IMG/VR virus record: IMGVR_UViG_3300028412_000003
Length of the DNA stretch: 64,000 nucleotides
Strand: one strand, 5' to 3'
DNA from: a virus
Taxonomy: Duplodnaviria; Caudoviricetes
In this document: one piece after another, positions 38,638-47,987 of the stretch
Layout: the number at the start of each line of letters is the position of its first letter
How positions within the stretch are numbered: position 1 is the first letter of the stretch
Notes under the pieces: generated by a model
Databases searched by the model: none
Told to the model about the DNA's origin: nothing
What the model saw: only the letters and a program-made list of their open reading frames with translations
Translations under genes and position numbers: made by a program

Positions 38638-39170
38638 TATGATATTATCTCGTCTTTTGTATATTTTGACCAGTCTGTAAATACTCGTCTGTCTTGTAAA
38701 TCATGGATTGGATGAACCCATACGCCTGGATTTGATTTACGAAAGTCACTGTCATCTATTTTTAGGCAGGCGTTATAATTTAATGATTTAATGTTTGGTA
38801 TCTTTACACTTATGAGAGGAATAAAACGATCATACTCTCCCCAACAAAACTCAGTTACAAACTCGTGATATTTAATATCATAATCGAGTGTAAACCACAT
38901 TTCACTCTTTGATAGCTCTTTCATTAAATTAGTCCAATATTTTATTTCTTCGTCTGTACCATTTGGTAAAGTAGGATTAAACGATTGATTAGCCCCAAGA
39001 TAAATGTGTTCACAACCTTTTATTCTAGCATATTCTAATATATCTTCTGCTAGTGGTTTCTTAGTAAGAAACAATGTTTTCATTCCATAAGCAGGAGTAT
39101 GTTCTACTTCAACACCTATAAAAGTGGAAACATCATTAGAAGTTACGTTTCCTGAGTATTGTCTTTCCAT
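38637..39170 (-). CDS. Uncharacterised protein in the deazaguanine locus
   Basis: 177-aa ORF coupled between the TGT-like and DpdL-like genes. Confidence 0.6.
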   Translation of the reverse strand: MERQYSGNVTSNDVSTFIGVEVEHTPAYGMKTLFLTKKPLAEDILEYARIKGCEHIYLGANQSFNPTLPNGTDEEIKYWTNLMKELSKSEMWFTLDYDIKYHEFVTEFCWGEYDRFIPLISVKIPNIKSLNYNACLKIDDSDFRKSNPGVWVHPIHDLQDRRVFTDWSKYTKDEIIS

Positions 39171-39337
39171 TGTAATTCTTTCTCTACTTTAAATAATTCA
39201 TCTTTTATTGCTAATTTTTTGATTTTAAGTTTGCTTATTTCTTCTGTAGGCAGTTTATTATTATAAGCGTCTTTCACTTGTTTGTCAAGAATATTATGTT
39301 TTTCAGTTAATGATTCTATACGATTAGTCAAGGTCAT
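39143..39337 (-). CDS. Small coiled-coil protein (DUF465-like)
   Basis: LTEKHNILDKQV..LKIKKLAIKDEL. Confidence 0.55.
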   Translation of the reverse strand: MTLTNRIESLTEKHNILDKQVKDAYNNKLPTEEISKLKIKKLAIKDELFKVEKELQWKDNTQET

Positions 39338-40922
39338 TCTCTAATTTCTCCAATAACTCTTCATTTTCTTCTGTGAAGGTTTCTTCTTGTGTAACAGTTT
39401 CTTCTTCTTCAAAAAGACTATGAAAAAATGTTGTTGAGTTAATGGTCTTCTTACCAATTGCACCTCGTGTACCAGGAATATCCATCCAATATGCACGATG
39501 CTCTTCAACTAACGCTTCTGCCTTTTCTCTGTCGTCTGTAGCAAAAATATCTTCAACTATATCACGAAAAAATTCTCTCTTATAAGTTCGAAACTTCTTT
39601 CCGTGTAATTTCGAAGCAATTAGCATATGTGGAAATGTACCAGAATCACACATTCTATTAGCTTCCTGTACTGCATTGATATGAGACCAAACATTATGTC
39701 CCATTTGTATAGCATATGAAAAGCTGTCCCAAGAAGTTCTTCCTTCTTTACCTATTTTATTTAGGTCTCCCGGCTTATAGATACACACGTCTGATACCCC
39801 TAATCCATCTGTTATAGGAGAATCAACGAAGTCTCTAGTTATTAATACATTGCCGGCTGAATCTTTCTTATCAAAAATACCATCTTGTAAAACAGTATCA
39901 CGAAATCCACGAGGATCAGTTGCATATTTTTTGTTATCAATACTTGGTAACATTCGATATGTCCATTTACCCATAGGTTCTGTTTCAGTCTGTAAATAAA
40001 TTTGTCCATTAGCAGTAGCTAAGAAAGGACTTGCACAATCAAATGTTATTGTATAATTTTCATTATGATGTTTTCGAACTGCACGCTGTATATCTGTTAA
40101 CAAACATGCCCATTCTAATTTTGAAGTACCCAAAAAGTGCATAAAATCATGAACACCCTTTTCTAAATATCCATCAAAACGAAGTGCAATCAAACGCTTT
40201 AACACAAGGTGGACATCACACATATTTTGTCCACCCATTGACCATCCTTCAAAATGTTCATTTGGATATTTCTTTGGATCACAAAAATCACGCATCTGAA
40301 AATACCAATCGTCGGCTTCTTGAAATGTTTCACCCTGCAGAACGTTTAGAAATTTACAATTACCATTTCTATTCTTAATAAAATAATCATTATTAATTCT
40401 AGTAGCGTCAACTGCTCCTTGATATGAATTAATACCTGTTGCCGCTGCACCTGCAGGTGAACGAGCTACCCAGGCCGGAATATCTAATATCATTCCGTAA
40501 TCCATATATTTGTCCATCCAACTAAGAACATCTGTTCTTTTCTTCATTGCTTTAGGACAACTTGGATCCTTCCAATTGCCTTCCCACACTCCCTTACCAA
40601 TCTGGAAACCACCACTGTCACCAAGTACCCAAGAATTTTCACGATCTCTATTTCGGATCATATCTTCTTTAGGTGAATCCTTATTAACATCTAATTCAGC
40701 ATGTCCTGCTGAATAAAGTGACCATTTGTAATGAAATGCTCCTTCTTTTTTATTTAGGTAATTGAGACTTTCAACTCCGTTGTTAAAATTAGAAGGTATA
40801 CGAGTCTTATCTACATATTCACCAAAGCGTTGTTTACCTACATAAGTGGCATAGAAACCACTTAATGCAGGAAGAAAAAACGCATAATCGTTTTGTGTTG
40901 AGGTTAAATCTCTGTTAATCAT
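39324..40922 (-). CDS. dpdA: TGT-superfamily transglycosylase, DpdA-like (deazaguanine insertion)
   Basis: LGDSGGFQ (TGT catalytic Asp motif), NVLQG, GWSMGG, HFLG, TFDCASP; clustered with folE/queE. Confidence 0.78.
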   Translation of the reverse strand: MINRDLTSTQNDYAFFLPALSGFYATYVGKQRFGEYVDKTRIPSNFNNGVESLNYLNKKEGAFHYKWSLYSAGHAELDVNKDSPKEDMIRNRDRENSWVLGDSGGFQIGKGVWEGNWKDPSCPKAMKKRTDVLSWMDKYMDYGMILDIPAWVARSPAGAAATGINSYQGAVDATRINNDYFIKNRNGNCKFLNVLQGETFQEADDWYFQMRDFCDPKKYPNEHFEGWSMGGQNMCDVHLVLKRLIALRFDGYLEKGVHDFMHFLGTSKLEWACLLTDIQRAVRKHHNENYTITFDCASPFLATANGQIYLQTETEPMGKWTYRMLPSIDNKKYATDPRGFRDTVLQDGIFDKKDSAGNVLITRDFVDSPITDGLGVSDVCIYKPGDLNKIGKEGRTSWDSFSYAIQMGHNVWSHINAVQEANRMCDSGTFPHMLIASKLHGKKFRTYKREFFRDIVEDIFATDDREKAEALVEEHRAYWMDIPGTRGAIGKKTINSTTFFHSLFEEEETVTQEETFTEENEELLEKLENDLD

Positions 40923-41650
40923 TTAGCCTGCGCTGGAAGAATATAATCGTATGTAGCTAATCCGCTATCAACAGATATCTTCATTGCGCCCTGATCTGAT
41001 AATCTCATAGTTATCTTACCATCTAAGCTAAGTATAGCAAGGGTTTGAGCAACAGGCCAAGACCATGTGTGCTTTAATTCACCTGTTATATTACTTTGAA
41101 AAATAAATTTTCCTGCATGTGATGATTCATCACCAAATGTCATTACTAATGCACCGTCTTCGGTTTTAACATTAACTATTAATTCATCTGGATTTCCAGC
41201 AGCCTGTAACTTCATTCTTCTTATAGAATCAATAGCGGGTTCAAGTTCAACGTTCCATGTTGCTCCCTTAAACTTCACATTCTTTAATTTTTCTTCAATG
41301 TGAGCTTGATTCATAAATCTATAATCATTTTCAAAATCACCATTTGAATTCTCAAAATGAATATGTGTATTGATAGTTTCTCCCTTTCGAACATCAGTCT
41401 TAATTTCAAGAACACTATCTTTTTCGTATTCTGGATTTTTTAGATGAAAAGCCAGAAGTCCTAAGTTTGGCATGCCAAACGTACCAATAAATTCATCAAC
41501 CTTATTTTTAGTTGCAGCCATTAGTATAACTGTTCTATCTTCAGACATAGTTTCAATTTTAGTCTTGTCTTCTTCGTTTGTCACCTTAACTAGGGATAAG
41601 AACCCCAATGAATGTGTATGCGCTATAATATCTTTAAGTATATCTTTCAT
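40919..41650 (-). CDS. DNA polymerase sliding clamp (gp45/PCNA-like)
   Basis: 243 aa, directly after polB, C-terminal SGLATYDYILPAQ; start moved to MKDILKD (GGAG RBS). Confidence 0.7.
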   Translation of the reverse strand: MKDILKDIIAHTHSLGFLSLVKVTNEEDKTKIETMSEDRTVILMAATKNKVDEFIGTFGMPNLGLLAFHLKNPEYEKDSVLEIKTDVRKGETINTHIHFENSNGDFENDYRFMNQAHIEEKLKNVKFKGATWNVELEPAIDSIRRMKLQAAGNPDELIVNVKTEDGALVMTFGDESSHAGKFIFQSNITGELKHTWSWPVAQTLAILSLDGKITMRLSDQGAMKISVDSGLATYDYILPAQAK

Positions 41651-41672
41651 ATTATTCTCCGTATGATTTATT

Positions 41673-41701
41673 ATATTACTATGAATTTTTCGTATTGTCA
41701 A
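41673..41701 (-). promoter_or_regulatory. Sigma70-type promoter for the clamp-dpdA operon
   Basis: TTGACA-17-TAATAT on the - strand. Confidence 0.55.
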
Positions 41702-41718
41702 GAAAAATCATCTTTTGA

Positions 41719-44385
41719 TTAATCTCCAAAATCAAATAAACTTCCAAATGTTGTGTCTTGTTTTGTAGATTCGATGTCATAATTCAAGACACCTATTAAG
41801 TTATCAATTTTATTATCAATGATAGTATTTTCCATTGCTCTGTCATCAAAAGGTAAATCCTTAAACCATTGCGGTAAGCGTAGTTCGTCTGTTGGAAATG
41901 CAACACTTGTAAATCCTAATGGATTTGGCCTTAGTTTACAAACGATAACTTTCATTCCATCAACTATGTCTTGGCTGTAACGATCACTATTCATTCTTTT
42001 TAAAGTATTCCAATTAAGTGATGCACGAACGTGTCCTGGCATATTTGCCTTTCCTTTTTCTTCTTCTAAATCTCGAAATTTACTTAGGTTGTTAACACGT
42101 TTGGGAGTTCCTTTTTCCCAACCAGGCCGTTCCTTAAATAGACTACGAAAATCTTCAATCTTTTTTAAAATTTCGTTTTCGTCTTTTGTTGTTAAAACCA
42201 TAAGTAGAATATCCTTAAGGAAGTCTTGCATAAAAACCGGAGTATCTGATCGCCGCAAATCTAATCCCATTGCTTTAACCTTACCAATTTGACCGTCTAT
42301 ATCTTTTCTGTTACCGTCGTCGTCAATTACTAGGGCAGCATATCTTTTCTTAGTAATATACAATCCACTCTGTGCAACAATTTCTCTACCTGCTGCAATA
42401 ACACCTGAGCGAGATTTAGGACAATGATATGCATCAGCCATAAATCTAGTAAATGATTTATTTGTTTCTTCTGCTACTTGATCATATAACTGAATTATAC
42501 GTTCCTTTTCCCAAGGAATAGTACCATTGTCTATTTCGTCTTTTAGTATAGGATAAGCACTAAAATAAACAGAATCGGTATCACCGTATATAACAGCCTT
42601 ACCAACGTGGTCATATTCTCCTGTTATTACTTCGTTTGCCTTTGCACTCATATGTTGAACAATTCCTCTACCAGTAAGTGTAGTTGATTGACCAATTCTT
42701 TTATCAAAGAACCTACAACCTGGATTTAAGATAGCACCATATAAGCTATTCAAATTAATCTTCTTAACAAGCTGACGCTTGTCCCAAAAGGCTATTTCGG
42801 TTTTATTGTTGGCATCAATTGCCTTTTTTAATTTTGCTTGTAATTCTTTACGTTCTGAATACCAACGTTTTAGAAGTCCAGGAATGACAGCTTCGAATTC
42901 ATTTGTAAAAATAGTACCATTAGCACTAATCATCCAAGGATTGTTACTATTGAATATAAGTTCGTAGGTTTCTGCACCGCTAAGTACATCAACATCTCCG
43001 TTCTCCCAATCGATGGTAATATCTTTACCTCTATTTTTTTCTATCATATGTTTGTATTCAATAGAACTAAACAATCCTTCCCATGCTCCTGCAAAAGACT
43101 TCTTCTCAAAAGTCATCTTTTCTTTTATATAAGCATCGGTATCGGTTGGTCGTAATTGGCCAACTACTGCTTCCGGAGCCATATTCAATGCACGAATAAC
43201 AGATGGATATAGTGAATTTAAATCCATTGATGCTAACCACATATGCAAGCCTTTCTTTGGATAAGCAACATATGCTCCGGCTGCACTTGAATTCTCTCGG
43301 TCAACAACTGGACGATTAGGAACTACCATTCCTCTATCATGTGCTTCGTTTATGATAGCCTGTTCGGTAACTGCAACTGCTCCCATAGTAGTTTGCAATA
43401 AAACAGTATTAGAATGAGCTAGTTCGTTTGACAAATCAATAAAGCGAAGTTTACGATCAAGTTTATCAAGCAACGAAGTATCTTGTCTGTTATATTCAAT
43501 AAACTTTTTAAAGTCATTATTATATAATTGATCAAGTGTTCCTTCGTATACTGTTTTGTTTTCACCTATTTCAATTTCACCAATAGCATCCAACCGATAA
43601 GAATGTCTTTCTTCATAATTATATTTACGATACAATTCTAAACTATCGAGATGAACTCTGCCAATTAAATCAAATGTTACTGCTTCTTTACCGTATTTTT
43701 CATAGAGTCGTTTCTTTGGAAGTTGATCCCATAAACAAAATCTTCTAGTATCATTCTTACTTAATACTCTTGCAACACGGTTAACTGTATACGGAATATC
43801 ATATCCTTCACTATTCCAACCAGTTAACATATCGGCATCTTCTATTAGATCAAGAAATGCAGATAACATTTCACCTTCGTCACTGTAGAGATAGGTATTA
43901 GGAAAATCTTTAACTTGCTCTTCTGCATCTTTCATACTAAGCCCCTTTGGAGGCATAGCAAGGGTGACTAGTGTATCCATCCATTGTAAACAAACACTAA
44001 TAGCAGTGATTGGCATAAATGGATCACTTGGCTGAGCAAATCCTTTTTCTGGATCAAAGTCAGTCTCAATATCAAAAAATGCAATATTAAGTTCTGGTGC
44101 ATCTGCAGTGAGGTAATTCTCACTTAAACATTGAAAAATAGGATTAATGTCGCTTTCAAATAAAGTTTTGCTTTTATTGATCGCTACTTCTTTTCTAAAT
44201 TCCTTTGTATTTTTACAAACTATTCTTGTTACTGGATCACCGTAAACACTTCGTTGTTTACCAGCTGGATCCTTATAATAGAATGTATATTTAATAGGAT
44301 ATTCTTTAAATATCCTCTTGCCTTCTTTACGTTCAACGACACGAATAATATCCGCATCTCTATCAAACATTGCATCAATGTACAT
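41719..44385 (-). CDS. polB: Family B DNA polymerase
   Basis: ExoI FFDIETD, motif A DLNSLYPS, motif B KINLNSLYG, motif C YGDTDS, KKRYA; no intein visible. Confidence 0.95.
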   Translation of the reverse strand: MYIDAMFDRDADIIRVVERKEGKRIFKEYPIKYTFYYKDPAGKQRSVYGDPVTRIVCKNTKEFRKEVAINKSKTLFESDINPIFQCLSENYLTADAPELNIAFFDIETDFDPEKGFAQPSDPFMPITAISVCLQWMDTLVTLAMPPKGLSMKDAEEQVKDFPNTYLYSDEGEMLSAFLDLIEDADMLTGWNSEGYDIPYTVNRVARVLSKNDTRRFCLWDQLPKKRLYEKYGKEAVTFDLIGRVHLDSLELYRKYNYEERHSYRLDAIGEIEIGENKTVYEGTLDQLYNNDFKKFIEYNRQDTSLLDKLDRKLRFIDLSNELAHSNTVLLQTTMGAVAVTEQAIINEAHDRGMVVPNRPVVDRENSSAAGAYVAYPKKGLHMWLASMDLNSLYPSVIRALNMAPEAVVGQLRPTDTDAYIKEKMTFEKKSFAGAWEGLFSSIEYKHMIEKNRGKDITIDWENGDVDVLSGAETYELIFNSNNPWMISANGTIFTNEFEAVIPGLLKRWYSERKELQAKLKKAIDANNKTEIAFWDKRQLVKKINLNSLYGAILNPGCRFFDKRIGQSTTLTGRGIVQHMSAKANEVITGEYDHVGKAVIYGDTDSVYFSAYPILKDEIDNGTIPWEKERIIQLYDQVAEETNKSFTRFMADAYHCPKSRSGVIAAGREIVAQSGLYITKKRYAALVIDDDGNRKDIDGQIGKVKAMGLDLRRSDTPVFMQDFLKDILLMVLTTKDENEILKKIEDFRSLFKERPGWEKGTPKRVNNLSKFRDLEEEKGKANMPGHVRASLNWNTLKRMNSDRYSQDIVDGMKVIVCKLRPNPLGFTSVAFPTDELRLPQWFKDLPFDDRAMENTIIDNKIDNLIGVLNYDIESTKQDTTFGSLFDFGD

Positions 44386-44395
44386 ATATTTCTCC

Positions 44396-44674
44396 TTAAC
44401 TGTTAGATGGGGTAGTCATAAAATATTTTGTTATTTCAATATCCTTTATGACTATTAGATCTTTTGGATATTTCATTGAAATAGATCTCCAACTTTGATA
44501 TTCTGTTGAAGCAGGTTTAACAGAAATCATTTTAGGATTAATACTTTCAACAGAACATATACGAAGATCTCTAGTACCATAAGGTGCTGCAACAAAATCA
44601 CCTACCTTGATAATTTTACCTAATTTGTCTTTGTGTTCTATAACTGGTTTAACGGTTTTACTGGTCTTTGCCAA
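44396..44674 (-). CDS. Hypothetical protein
   Basis: 92-aa ORF. Confidence 0.55.
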   Translation of the reverse strand: MAKTSKTVKPVIEHKDKLGKIIKVGDFVAAPYGTRDLRICSVESINPKMISVKPASTEYQSWRSISMKYPKDLIVIKDIEITKYFMTTPSNS

Positions 44675-44918
44675 CGGTTACTACAATCGTTTCTAAATCT
44701 TCAAACTCATCATGATGCTTATCCCAATCACGCTTGTGCGCAATCTTTATAGCCTTCTTTATGAGTGATGGTTTAACTTCTAGTTCTTCTGCTACTGCTT
44801 TAATTGTTTCACTTAGACCTTCGGTTAGGTCTTCGATTTCTTGGAGCACAGTGACTCCTTCATTAACTAAGCGCTCTAGCTTAGCCTTTTCTTCTGTACC
44901 ATAAGTACGACTTGACAT
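44658..44918 (-). CDS. Small dsDNA-binding protein (T4 DsbA/GapR-like)
   Basis: Helical pattern EIEDL.E.L.E.IKAVAEELEVKPSLIKKAIK; GGAGG RBS. Confidence 0.5.
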   Translation of the reverse strand: MSSRTYGTEEKAKLERLVNEGVTVLQEIEDLTEGLSETIKAVAEELEVKPSLIKKAIKIAHKRDWDKHHDEFEDLETIVVTVGKDQ

Positions 44919-44943
44919 TTAATACCTCCTAGTAATATAATTA

Positions 44944-44972
44944 AATATACTAGAGATATCATCATTTGTCAA
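44944..44972 (-). promoter_or_regulatory. Sigma70-type promoter for the polB operon
   Basis: TTGACA-17-TATATT on the - strand. Confidence 0.6.
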
Positions 44973-44975
44973 TCA

Positions 44976-45806
44976 TTATTTTTTATTAGAAGTTTCCATT
45001 GGAATCTTACCACGAGCAGCTTTTTTATTGGCAGTTTTCTTTTTATCTGCCATAGAGCTGGTAGGCTTATGAAATGTATTTCTGTTCTTAACACGATCCT
45101 TATCAGGATCCCCTGTTAATCCCTTTCCTTTAAGATACGATTTGTTCATTGTATCTTTTTTAGCTTCGTCGATTGAATTCATAGAATTCAATCTTTCTTC
45201 TAAAGATCCCTTGTATTCATCGCCGCCTGCTTCGAATGCCTTACGAACTCTTTCCTTAGCTTCCATTCTAGCATTAGTTTCAAGATTTTCATATTCTAAA
45301 TGATGATAAACAGAATCAAGGAATTCAGCAGACTTGGTTATCTTAGCTTGTACCCAACTTTCTAAATCAGTATGCGGATCCATTGCTTTCATCATCTCGT
45401 GTAGCTTAATTGCATATTTTGCTATCTTATATAATTCCGAACGAGCCATCTGTACTTCGTGATCTTTTTCAGCATTGTGAGCCATATCACCAAGGCCTTC
45501 TTTAACATTAGATGATTCTAATTTGCTGCTATTCTTTCTCATGTAATCATATGCAGCATCTTTACTTGGTAATGTTTTCACCGTCTTCCCCTTAGAATTA
45601 ACAACGCGCCAGCGGTATTTCCCCATTCTGACAACATTTGGTTTTTTACTTTTTACAGAAACAGGACTTTTCTTCTTTTCATCTTTTCCTAAGAACGCAT
45701 CAACTGCTTTTTCGGCACGATCCGTCCCAAGACCACCGCCGGCTTTTGCCGCCTTGTAGCCAGTACCTACTGTCCAGTCGCTCATTTTTTCTGTAACATA
45801 TCTCAT
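44976..45806 (-). CDS. Putative internal head/virion protein
   Basis: Lys/Glu-rich, low-complexity segments; GATAAATA box 4 nt upstream of the ATG. Confidence 0.5.
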   Translation of the reverse strand: MRYVTEKMSDWTVGTGYKAAKAGGGLGTDRAEKAVDAFLGKDEKKKSPVSVKSKKPNVVRMGKYRWRVVNSKGKTVKTLPSKDAAYDYMRKNSSKLESSNVKEGLGDMAHNAEKDHEVQMARSELYKIAKYAIKLHEMMKAMDPHTDLESWVQAKITKSAEFLDSVYHHLEYENLETNARMEAKERVRKAFEAGGDEYKGSLEERLNSMNSIDEAKKDTMNKSYLKGKGLTGDPDKDRVKNRNTFHKPTSSMADKKKTANKKAARGKIPMETSNKK

Positions 45807-45813
45807 AACGTAT

Positions 45814-45999
45814 TTATCGTTTAACTACAGCACCACCCATTAGATTGTCTTTGCTATCTAATGCGTTTTTTGCAGTTCTATTTTTATTCTTTTTTTGATT
45901 AGTATTTTTCTTTGATTTAGGATTGGCAACAACTGCAATTGCTCCTGCGCTTGATCCCCCAGCGCTGGCTGTTTCTATCATTATTTCATATATTTTCAT
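45814..45999 (-). CDS. Small hypothetical, putative packaged protein
   Basis: MKIYEIMIETASAGGSSAGAIA. Confidence 0.5.
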   Translation of the reverse strand: MKIYEIMIETASAGGSSAGAIAVVANPKSKKNTNQKKNKNRTAKNALDSKDNLMGGAVVKR

Positions 46000-46463
46000 G
46001 TTATTTCCTTGTATAATGGTCCGCTTATGTAATTTGAACTACGTTCTGCTGTCGCACCTTGTATCATTTTATCTTTTATCTCAGGTGTAAGATGTCTTGC
46101 TCTCATACCATTACTTAGCAAAAGATGAACTTCGATTAGATCATTGCCTTCCAATTTCATTATTGCTTTCATTCTGTTTCGACCTTCGTGACCTATTATC
46201 TTTAATGGTTGATCAAAATTACCTTCTTCCCATTCTTGAGGAATATTGATCAAGAGAAAAGGGGCGCCAATTGCCCCTCCTTGTCTTATATGATTTATGA
46301 TCTTGTCTTCTGGTTCTTTATCTAACGGAGCTGCTAGTTTTAAGAAAGTGCTAGGACGCATAAGAACTTTCATCCCTTTATAATCAACTTCTTGATTATC
46401 TGGAACTGCTCCTATACCTCTAACATTATCAATCTTAACTTCTAGTATTTCTTTAAATCTCAT
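45996..46463 (-). CDS. ParB/Srx-like N-terminal domain protein (putative)
   Basis: IIGHEGRNRM resembles the ParB GxxR motif; N-terminus MRFKEILE. Confidence 0.45.
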   Translation of the reverse strand: MRFKEILEVKIDNVRGIGAVPDNQEVDYKGMKVLMRPSTFLKLAAPLDKEPEDKIINHIRQGGAIGAPFLLINIPQEWEEGNFDQPLKIIGHEGRNRMKAIMKLEGNDLIEVHLLLSNGMRARHLTPEIKDKMIQGATAERSSNYISGPLYKEIT

Positions 46464-46467
46464 TAGG

Positions 46468-47031
46468 TTACCACTTCTTGCAACTCCAATATCTTGCTTT
46501 TGTGCGAGGTCCTGGATTGTCGCAATTATGTCTTGCTCTAAAACTTTTCCTGCGTTTAGGATTGCTTTTCTTTATTCGCATATTAGGATCACCAAAGTTA
46601 ACCTTTTTTACATTACCTGTACTAGGATCCTTTACATATACTTTGAATTTTTTAACATCACCCTGCATAGGTTTACCAAGTGTTACTGATCGACCTTGAT
46701 ATTCTGCTTCGTCTAATTGTTCGTCTTCGTTAAACCAAAGTTCACCGTATGCTTCATAGAATTCATCTCCGTTGTATGTTTCTTCTGCATCTTCGATTTC
46801 TGCCTTAGCAAGTCTGTCATAATAATCAGGAAATTCAGCGAGATGATCTCGAGCAATTTCCGCAGCAAGAATTTTATCTTTTGTGTGTTCTATCTCAATC
46901 CTAATACCTTTGCCTAATTGAGATAGTATTACATCACGATCAACACCATGCTTTTCTGCAATTTCATTTACACTAGGAGTCTTAACTCCAAGTTGATCTT
47001 CTTCATTATTAAACAGTTCTCTAAGTTTCAT
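46468..47031 (-). CDS. Two-domain phage protein (DUF5661-like plus basic C-terminal domain)
   Basis: EHT..LAAEIARDHLAEFPDYYDRL; C-terminal KVNFGDPNM..RKSFRARHNC..ARYWSC. Confidence 0.55.
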   Translation of the reverse strand: MKLRELFNNEEDQLGVKTPSVNEIAEKHGVDRDVILSQLGKGIRIEIEHTKDKILAAEIARDHLAEFPDYYDRLAKAEIEDAEETYNGDEFYEAYGELWFNEDEQLDEAEYQGRSVTLGKPMQGDVKKFKVYVKDPSTGNVKKVNFGDPNMRIKKSNPKRRKSFRARHNCDNPGPRTKARYWSCKKW

Positions 47032-47249
47032 TTACGTCTTCCTCTAAATCCACTGGTACCTTGCATAGCAGGAAGACTAAACCAAAGATCAAACCATTCT
47101 TGAGAACCGGGTTTTATTCCTAATTCTCGTTCTTTTTGTTTAAGAGCCGTTGCAGTATAACTCATATTTTCAATCACTTCTGATTGATTCATTGGTGCTC
47201 GAGGATTATTAACTCCGGCTAGTCTTTTAATTGCATCAAGATCATCCAT
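47028..47249 (-). CDS. Hypothetical protein
   Basis: 73-aa ORF. Confidence 0.55.
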   Translation of the reverse strand: MDDLDAIKRLAGVNNPRAPMNQSEVIENMSYTATALKQKERELGIKPGSQEWFDLWFSLPAMQGTSGFRGRRK

Positions 47250-47987
47250 TTATTTCTTCTTATAGTTCTTAATTAACTCTTGCACAAATCGAGGAGAAAG
47301 GTTAAACTCATTTGCAGCTATTTGAATGCCATCCTTTAATGCAGCTTTGATAACTTTCTCTTTTGTATGTGGCGGCAGGGCTACATTCATAGCAACATTC
47401 TTAAAATTAATTTCGTTAATGCCCATACCTTCACGAACCGCATCGTATAATTCCTCTGCTAATGCAGGAGCACCAGATTTAAAATAAGTAAAATTACCAT
47501 TTTTGGCAGCAGTTCGCATTTTGCTGGCACTCATTCCAGCGGTACCCTTTGTATTAGGATCTCTATCTCCTGCACTGATTACTTGTATAGATTCAAACTC
47601 AAATGGAATCACACCCTTCTTGTCTGATTTTCCATTATAAGAATCAAATAATTTTTGAAATTGTTCAATCCGATCGGAGCCTGCAACATAGATAATTTTA
47701 GTATAACCTTGTTCTTGCAATCTCTGAAGCATCTGTACAGGATTTTTTACATCTGAGTTACCCACAGTAATTTCAGGAAAAAATTGTTCTACAAATTTTA
47801 TTTTGGTATTAAAATCTAAAGGATTATTATCTAATTCCTGTGTTTGACTTAAGAAAAGAAAATGATCTCCTTTTATAGATTTAATGGTCTCAACTAATTT
47901 AGCATGACCGATTGTAGGAGGATTCATACGACCGAAGGCAACTACTGCTGTTTTACCTTTTGGTTCAACTAGCTCACTTAAAATCAT
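47250..47987 (-). CDS. HxGH-class nucleotidyltransferase (cytidylyl/NMN adenylyltransferase-like)
   Basis: FGRMNPPTIGH, YVAGSDR, MSASKMR. Confidence 0.7.
   Translation of the reverse strand: MILSELVEPKGKTAVVAFGRMNPPTIGHAKLVETIKSIKGDHFLFLSQTQELDNNPLDFNTKIKFVEQFFPEITVGNSDVKNPVQMLQRLQEQGYTKIIYVAGSDRIEQFQKLFDSYNGKSDKKGVIPFEFESIQVISAGDRDPNTKGTAGMSASKMRTAAKNGNFTYFKSGAPALAEELYDAVREGMGINEINFKNVAMNVALPPHTKEKVIKAALKDGIQIAANEFNLSPRFVQELIKNYKKK

Noticed and set aside
41651-41701. N-terminal extension of the sliding clamp from the TTG at 41701
   Set aside because: That TTG is part of the TTGACA -35 box; the ATG at 41650 has a GGAG RBS
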